Below are positions 59,062-64,000 of a stretch of 64,000 nucleotides of DNA, piece after piece. The stretch's first letter is position 1; the number at the start of each line of letters is the position of its first letter. The position numbers and the translations under genes were made by a program. Under the pieces are notes generated by a model that worked only from the letters and a program-made list of their open reading frames with translations, did no database searches and was not told the DNA's origin. The DNA comes from Candidatus Poribacteria bacterium. GTDB taxonomy: Bacteria > Poribacteria > WGA-4E > PCPOR2b. The DNA lies in assembly GCA_965215015.1 (NCBI GenBank), contig OZ244042.1, forward strand, positions 3,552,001-3,616,000. Direction: 5' to 3'.

Positions 59062-60495
59062 CTACCGGAGTTGAAACGCGTACAACTTCATTGACTGTCC
59101 CACGAACCGCAGGCGCACCGTTTGTCCTTTGAGCCCTGAAAGATCACGTTTACCGGCCCACGTTACGGTCTGGGTTGTGCTGCTTCCACCGAGGCGATCT
59201 GCCTCTGCCTCCGTGAAACCTTTCAACGGCTGCATCCCCTCATCCAAGATTTCAACCTTGAGCCAACCCCTGGCACTGCCATCCATGTTTACCTCTAGGT
59301 GATTCCCTTCAAGAGTGAAGGGAAGCGTAGTCATCCATCCCTGCTGGCCACCGGCGTCTTGAGAGACAAAACCATCGAGACGCAAATGAGCAGATCCGAT
59401 GGTTGGGCAGTACTCTTCGCCGGAGACCTTATCGTGGGGTTGGTCATAACCGGTATAGTACAGCCGCAGCTCGTCCCTGATGGGTAACACACCGACTCCC
59501 ATATAGAGCATCATCGAGTCGAAAGCTCCATCGGGACCGAGCCGCACAAAGGGTTCCTGCCACCGTGTGAAATGTATCCCATCACGGCTAGTCGCAAGCT
59601 GTATGTCCAGCGCGTCGGTAGTGTGATAGTAAGCGGCGGTGAAGATAAAGTATGCGTCGTCCACAAAGGGATATTTCACCGCTGCTGTGTCGTAGAGACC
59701 GCCACCCCACATATCTGCATCTTCGAGGTCGTCGAAATCAGGCTCTAGGATTTTTTCTGGCACCGGGAAGTTCTCGAAGTCCACGCTTTCTGATCGGGCG
59801 ATGGCGCGGTAGTCAAAAGACCCCCGAAGTGCCCCATTCTCTACCCGTAGGTATTCGTTCCAACGGACATACGCCACGTACTTCTGGATACGGTCATCCC
59901 AAAAAGCTACATTCCTTGTATCTGTGTACCATGGCATAATCAGTTTTTCACAAGGCGTCCAATGGATTCCATCAGGCGAATACAAGCCCCCGACACCCCC
60001 ATAATGCCATGTTTCCGGTGGATTTTCGTCGTACCGGAACCGTGCTCCACCTCCATATATCGCTACGTAGTCGTATTTACCTGCGCCAAGAATGCACTTG
60101 AAGCGTTGTTCGGGTTTAGCGGATGGGTCTTTGAAGATGCTTCCGTGATTGAGATTGAGAGAGATGATATTATTTTCCCGCGAGCCTTGGTAGTCAATTA
60201 ACCCGATATTCGGACGTTTCCAGTGAATTCCATCTGTAGATGTGGCGTAGCAGTCTCGCGCAATCCCGTCCTCTCCGTTGGCGGAGTACCACATTTTGTA
60301 GACGCCTTCGTCTAGCATCACCGTAGGGTTACTACAGCCGCGCGACTCCCACGGTTGCTCAGGTGTCAGCACGGGTGCGTTGGACCGCGTGGCGGGGTTC
60401 ATGATGGTGGTAAATCCCTCTTTAGCTTCAACAAAAGCATCGTCGAAGAGGAGTTGTTTTGCTGTTCCCAAGGCTAGGGGATTGAGTTGAGGCAT
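59062..60495 (-). CDS. Five-bladed beta-propeller glycoside hydrolase-like protein (GH32/43-like)
   Basis: KQLLFDD, YKMWY, TSTDGIHW, SPDGIHW, SRDGIHF, RLDGFVS. Confidence 0.72.
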   Translation of the reverse strand: MPQLNPLALGTAKQLLFDDAFVEAKEGFTTIMNPATRSNAPVLTPEQPWESRGCSNPTVMLDEGVYKMWYSANGEDGIARDCYATSTDGIHWKRPNIGLIDYQGSRENNIISLNLNHGSIFKDPSAKPEQRFKCILGAGKYDYVAIYGGGARFRYDENPPETWHYGGVGGLYSPDGIHWTPCEKLIMPWYTDTRNVAFWDDRIQKYVAYVRWNEYLRVENGALRGSFDYRAIARSESVDFENFPVPEKILEPDFDDLEDADMWGGGLYDTAAVKYPFVDDAYFIFTAAYYHTTDALDIQLATSRDGIHFTRWQEPFVRLGPDGAFDSMMLYMGVGVLPIRDELRLYYTGYDQPHDKVSGEEYCPTIGSAHLRLDGFVSQDAGGQQGWMTTLPFTLEGNHLEVNMDGSARGWLKVEILDEGMQPLKGFTEAEADRLGGSSTTQTVTWAGKRDLSGLKGQTVRLRFVGQSMKLYAFQLR

Positions 60496-60523
60496 GTAAT
60501 TTCTCCTTACTGCAAATTAAGAA

Positions 60524-62128
60524 CTAAATTCCAGAATATTCGTATGGACCCAAATCCGCATCCTGACCCCGATGAAAATGCTTGCCCATCAGGTACTTGA
60601 CCTCCAACTCCACATCGCGGATATAGCTGTCAGAGATTATCTCCGGATCGCGTTTCAGCAGCGTGACTTCGAGCGTATTGTTGCCGTTTTGGGGCCAATG
60701 CGCTTCGTCCAGTCGGTAGATAAACCAGTAGCCCGATCCTGTGCGGTAGCGCGGCGCACTCATCCGGTACATCTCGTTGAGTTTACGTAGCAGTTCATCT
60801 GGCAGGTCTACCCCATTGAGGCGGAAACGGAGGCTATCAAGTTCTGTCGTGTTCATGATTCGCACACGGAGGAGGACTTCGTGGATGCGCCCAACCTGAT
60901 GCCAGCGTGGTAGGTCGTCACTAATCTTAAATTTCACCTCAGTAGGGCAGTTCACCGCTAATCCGGCCGGCAATGACATGGCGATACCTGGCTCCGTAGG
61001 GGGTTTCGGATAGCGTCCCGTCTCTGTGGGAACATAGTAGTATTTGTCCTTGGGTGCCATCACCTCCGGATGGGGCAACTCCCGAAGCTTTTCGTAGAAG
61101 TCCGCCTGATAGGGCCAGTTGCCGAACCAGTGCGCTAGGTAGAGCCCATCAACCCCCTGCGCCCAATAGTTACAGGCGGTGGCACGAACCATCTCAATGG
61201 TGGCTTCGCCCAAGCGATCAGAGTCTACATGGCTCTGAATAGCGGCATGGACCCTGCAGCTTGTTCCTTCGGCCGCTTCGACCAGTGGACGAAAATCAAC
61301 TGTCGAATCCACCAACTCCGGTCCCGAAAACGTCTGTCCGATAACGACATCTACGATGCCCTGCTGCATCCAATCGTGCACATCCATGCCCACCTGTAAA
61401 CAACCTTCGAGGCTTGCGGGGATACGAATCGCTAATTCGCGCCTTGCATCGCCTCCGTTCCGAGAGTCTCCAATCCCCTTGACAGCTTCATAGACCCGCC
61501 GAACCCATGCGGTCATGATCTCGCGCCCGGCTTCAACTTCGTCCGGATGAAAGTAATAGGGTGTGTAGTTGAGTTGCAATTCAAAGCCATCAATCGGATA
61601 GTTGTTTAAGGTCTCCAGTATGAGGGCGAATCTTTCCTCACGCACTTCCTCGTGTTTGAAGTCGAGGCAAGTGAGTCCGGGGAAATCAGCATCCAGATCC
61701 CCCCGTGCACCAATCTCCAAATGTGGGTTATCGAAACGGAAGTTAGAGCAGCGCACGTCTTGTTCTCGGGGCCCTCGTCCTTGTTGTACCAGAAGGGTCG
61801 GATAAATCAGCATCCCCTTCGCATGGGCGCGATCACAGACAATGCGTAACGGATCATTTCCCGACTCGATTAGGTGTTCGGCGTTTTGATGCGCTCGGCG
61901 AAAGATGGCATGGGGCCATTTTTCGACATTGTGTCCCCAGAGTTCACCAACCTTTGCGTCGTGCAGGACAGTGCGCCCATCCCCAAGGCAGAACATCAGC
62001 GCGTCCACGGGTGTGCCGACCAGCTCGTCGACCGCTGCCTCATACTCCTCTTTCTGCATCGGTGGTTCGTACATATAGATGAGCGGATGGCGTCCGTCGT
62101 GGTAAAACATGATGCGTGGTAGTGGCAT
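60524..62128 (-). CDS. Glycosyl-hydrolase-like (GHL10-type) TIM-barrel protein
   Basis: LDFKHEEVRE, YPIDGFEL, GVDGLYL; distant paralog of 57403-59052. Confidence 0.65.
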   Translation of the reverse strand: MPLPRIMFYHDGRHPLIYMYEPPMQKEEYEAAVDELVGTPVDALMFCLGDGRTVLHDAKVGELWGHNVEKWPHAIFRRAHQNAEHLIESGNDPLRIVCDRAHAKGMLIYPTLLVQQGRGPREQDVRCSNFRFDNPHLEIGARGDLDADFPGLTCLDFKHEEVREERFALILETLNNYPIDGFELQLNYTPYYFHPDEVEAGREIMTAWVRRVYEAVKGIGDSRNGGDARRELAIRIPASLEGCLQVGMDVHDWMQQGIVDVVIGQTFSGPELVDSTVDFRPLVEAAEGTSCRVHAAIQSHVDSDRLGEATIEMVRATACNYWAQGVDGLYLAHWFGNWPYQADFYEKLRELPHPEVMAPKDKYYYVPTETGRYPKPPTEPGIAMSLPAGLAVNCPTEVKFKISDDLPRWHQVGRIHEVLLRVRIMNTTELDSLRFRLNGVDLPDELLRKLNEMYRMSAPRYRTGSGYWFIYRLDEAHWPQNGNNTLEVTLLKRDPEIISDSYIRDVELEVKYLMGKHFHRGQDADLGPYEYSGI

Positions 62129-62198
62129 GATAATTTCCTTTCGAGTCTATGGGTATCAATTGAGGGTTAGCGGGAGTCAGACCAATTCAACAACATAG

Positions 62199-63245
62199 TC
62201 AGTCTGGAAACTGTGTCCCCTTTCGCGCTTTGGACATTACGCGGATTGTTTCACGCGTAGTCACCGGATCAACCGGTGGAAACCCACCGTTGCGAATGGC
62301 GTCATAAAGCTGGTCGTAGAACGATGGACCGGGAGGTGCCTTGGCTTCAACCTCCACTTTTTCAAATTCAATGTCATCGCCGCCTTCAACACCATATTTG
62401 CGATCAGCTGCGAGGGGTCTGTCAATCGCTTTGAGCGGTGCCAGGGCGTCTTTCACATAGTGCAGCACAGCGGTTCCCGCGCTTGTAACGGTCAGGGTAC
62501 CGCGTGTTCCCATGAGTGTCCACGAAGGTAGGGAAGCCACGCAGGCACTTGTGAGTTCCAGATCAATCACCCGACCATTTTCGCCCCGCATCACCACTTT
62601 CAGATGGTCTTCTGTATCGCCTGGCTGGAGAATTTGCTGAAGGTCTCCGAATACATCCACGATGGGCGATTCCATGAGGAGAACACACTGGTCGACGACG
62701 TGCACGCCATTATTATTAAGCAGTCCGCCTCCGTATTTCCGCAATGTCTGCCAGTCATTGCGCCGACGATAGCCGTAACCACCTGAACGGATGAAGAAGA
62801 CATGCCCTAAGCGTTCGTCCTTCAGCATCTGCTGGATAAAGACAAAGTCTTCACCCCAGCGACGACTCTGATGAACAGTCAGAACTTTGCCTGCATTCTC
62901 CGCGGCGGCAAGCATACGGTCTGCGTCTTCCAAAGCGGTTGCCATCGGCTTTTCAGTCAGGACGTGTCGCCCGGCTTCAAGTGCAGCAATCGAGTGGTTC
63001 GCGTGGTCTGCTGATGCGGTCGCAACGACGATGAGTTCAGCATCGCAGCCCTTTAGTAGGGAAGCCAGATTGTTGAACGGTTGCGCGGAGGTTTCTTTCT
63101 TTGCCTGTTGTTGACGGTCAGGGTCAGGATCGGCAACAGCAACTACATTAAAATCTTCGCGTTCCTGCATTGTGCGAACATGGATATTCCAGCCGGCGCG
63201 CCCTAGACCAATTACGGCAGCGCGAATCGGTGTAGATGAATTCAT
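62199..63245 (-). CDS. Gfo/Idh/MocA oxidoreductase
   Basis: VIGLGRAG, HVLTEKP, GGGLLNNNGVH..D. Confidence 0.92.
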   Translation of the reverse strand: MNSSTPIRAAVIGLGRAGWNIHVRTMQEREDFNVVAVADPDPDRQQQAKKETSAQPFNNLASLLKGCDAELIVVATASADHANHSIAALEAGRHVLTEKPMATALEDADRMLAAAENAGKVLTVHQSRRWGEDFVFIQQMLKDERLGHVFFIRSGGYGYRRRNDWQTLRKYGGGLLNNNGVHVVDQCVLLMESPIVDVFGDLQQILQPGDTEDHLKVVMRGENGRVIDLELTSACVASLPSWTLMGTRGTLTVTSAGTAVLHYVKDALAPLKAIDRPLAADRKYGVEGGDDIEFEKVEVEAKAPPGPSFYDQLYDAIRNGGFPPVDPVTTRETIRVMSKARKGTQFPD

Positions 63246-63389
63246 CCGATGAGCCTTCCTTTGATTGGGTTATACGGATTGAGGTTATTAATTTTTCATT
63301 CTACCGGGATTCAAAGCAATTGGCGTGGAAATAGTACAGGGTGAATTTGGTTCGCTCTAAGGGGCATTCCTGTTCCTCGTGGCCCTGAT

Positions 63390-63889
63390 TTATGCCCATG
63401 ACGAAAATTTGACATTCGGCTCATTTCGGTAGATGCGCCGGGCGGTGTGGGCAAGTTGAACCGTGCCGTGATTACGGTACATGCGCTGCCACGTATCGGG
63501 ATTGATGTTCTGTGGAATAATTGCTTTGAGGTTTGGGTGACTCCTTGGCGCAACCAGCCACTGTGTGGCACCGTAGTAGGGATGCCGTATATGGCGATGT
63601 TTCCGTCGCACCACGGTTGCTGGCTAATCCAGGTGAGGGCGTCGTATCCGTCTTGAGCATCGTCAAAAAGCCGGTTGTCTATGCCGGGTGCGCCTTCGGA
63701 GCCGATGTGTCCGCGGGGTGATTGACTCACACAAATATACCCAGCACGCACAAATCGATTGACATCGATCCAGGAGTCAGTATCATATCCTCGTATGAGG
63801 AGGACAGGTGAACGGCCGAGGCTGGTCTTTGCGATTTTCGTCCGAAGTCTGACGCTGTCGCGCATGGGAACCATGATTTCTTGAATCAC
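63390..63889 (-). pseudogene. CocE/NonD hydrolase pseudogene (frameshifted, truncated)
   Basis: MVPMRD.VRL, DGYDALTWISQQPWCDGNIAIYG, then continues in another frame YYGATQW...HPNLKAIIPQ and stops early. Confidence 0.8.
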
Positions 63890-63909
63890 GATTCACTCCT
63901 CCCCGAAGT

Positions 63910-64000
63910 TTATGGATGCAGCGCATACCGTTGTACCGCATCCTCGTCGAGTTCGATGCCCAGCCCCGGTTTGTCTGGAACCACTACGTATCCATTTTCG
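63910..64000 (-). CDS. Mandelate racemase/enolase superfamily C-terminus (partial)
   Basis: ENGYVVVPDKPGLGIELDEDAV...*. Confidence 0.7.
   Translation of the reverse strand, partial: ENGYVVVPDKPGLGIELDEDAVQRYALHP

Overview
This is a bacterial chromosomal segment. Its gene content (UBact, ankyrin/WD40 proteins, sulfatase, FGE-sulfatase, many sugar-acid and glycoside enzymes) suggests Ca. Poribacteria or a similar sponge-associated lineage, which is an inference only. There are five main blocks. (1) 0-12 kb: housekeeping and accessory genes, including a degenerate DnaA paralog and era. (2) 12.6-19.3 kb: a complete UBact/Pup-type proteasome operon (arc-dop-ubact-prcB-prcA-pafA). (3) 20-21.6 kb: radC, whose 3' part plus a MITE-like element is triplicated in 371-bp units. 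(4) 27.5-37.7 kb: a tightly coupled 7-gene minus-strand operon resembling a BREX-related defence system. It has a PglZ-like phosphatase, large and small P-loop ATPases, a wHTH protein and a HerA-like ATPase, but no PglX methyltransferase; a GNAT acetyltransferase fused to a TGT/DpdA-like transglycosylase is present instead. This is the best candidate for an uncharacterised system. (5) 38-64 kb: catabolic genes with small integrase-associated islets. Several families of short palindromic or MITE-like repeats are dispersed through the window, some inserted in frame inside genes. No rRNA, tRNA or CRISPR array was seen. All calls come from motif recognition by eye; no searches were run.
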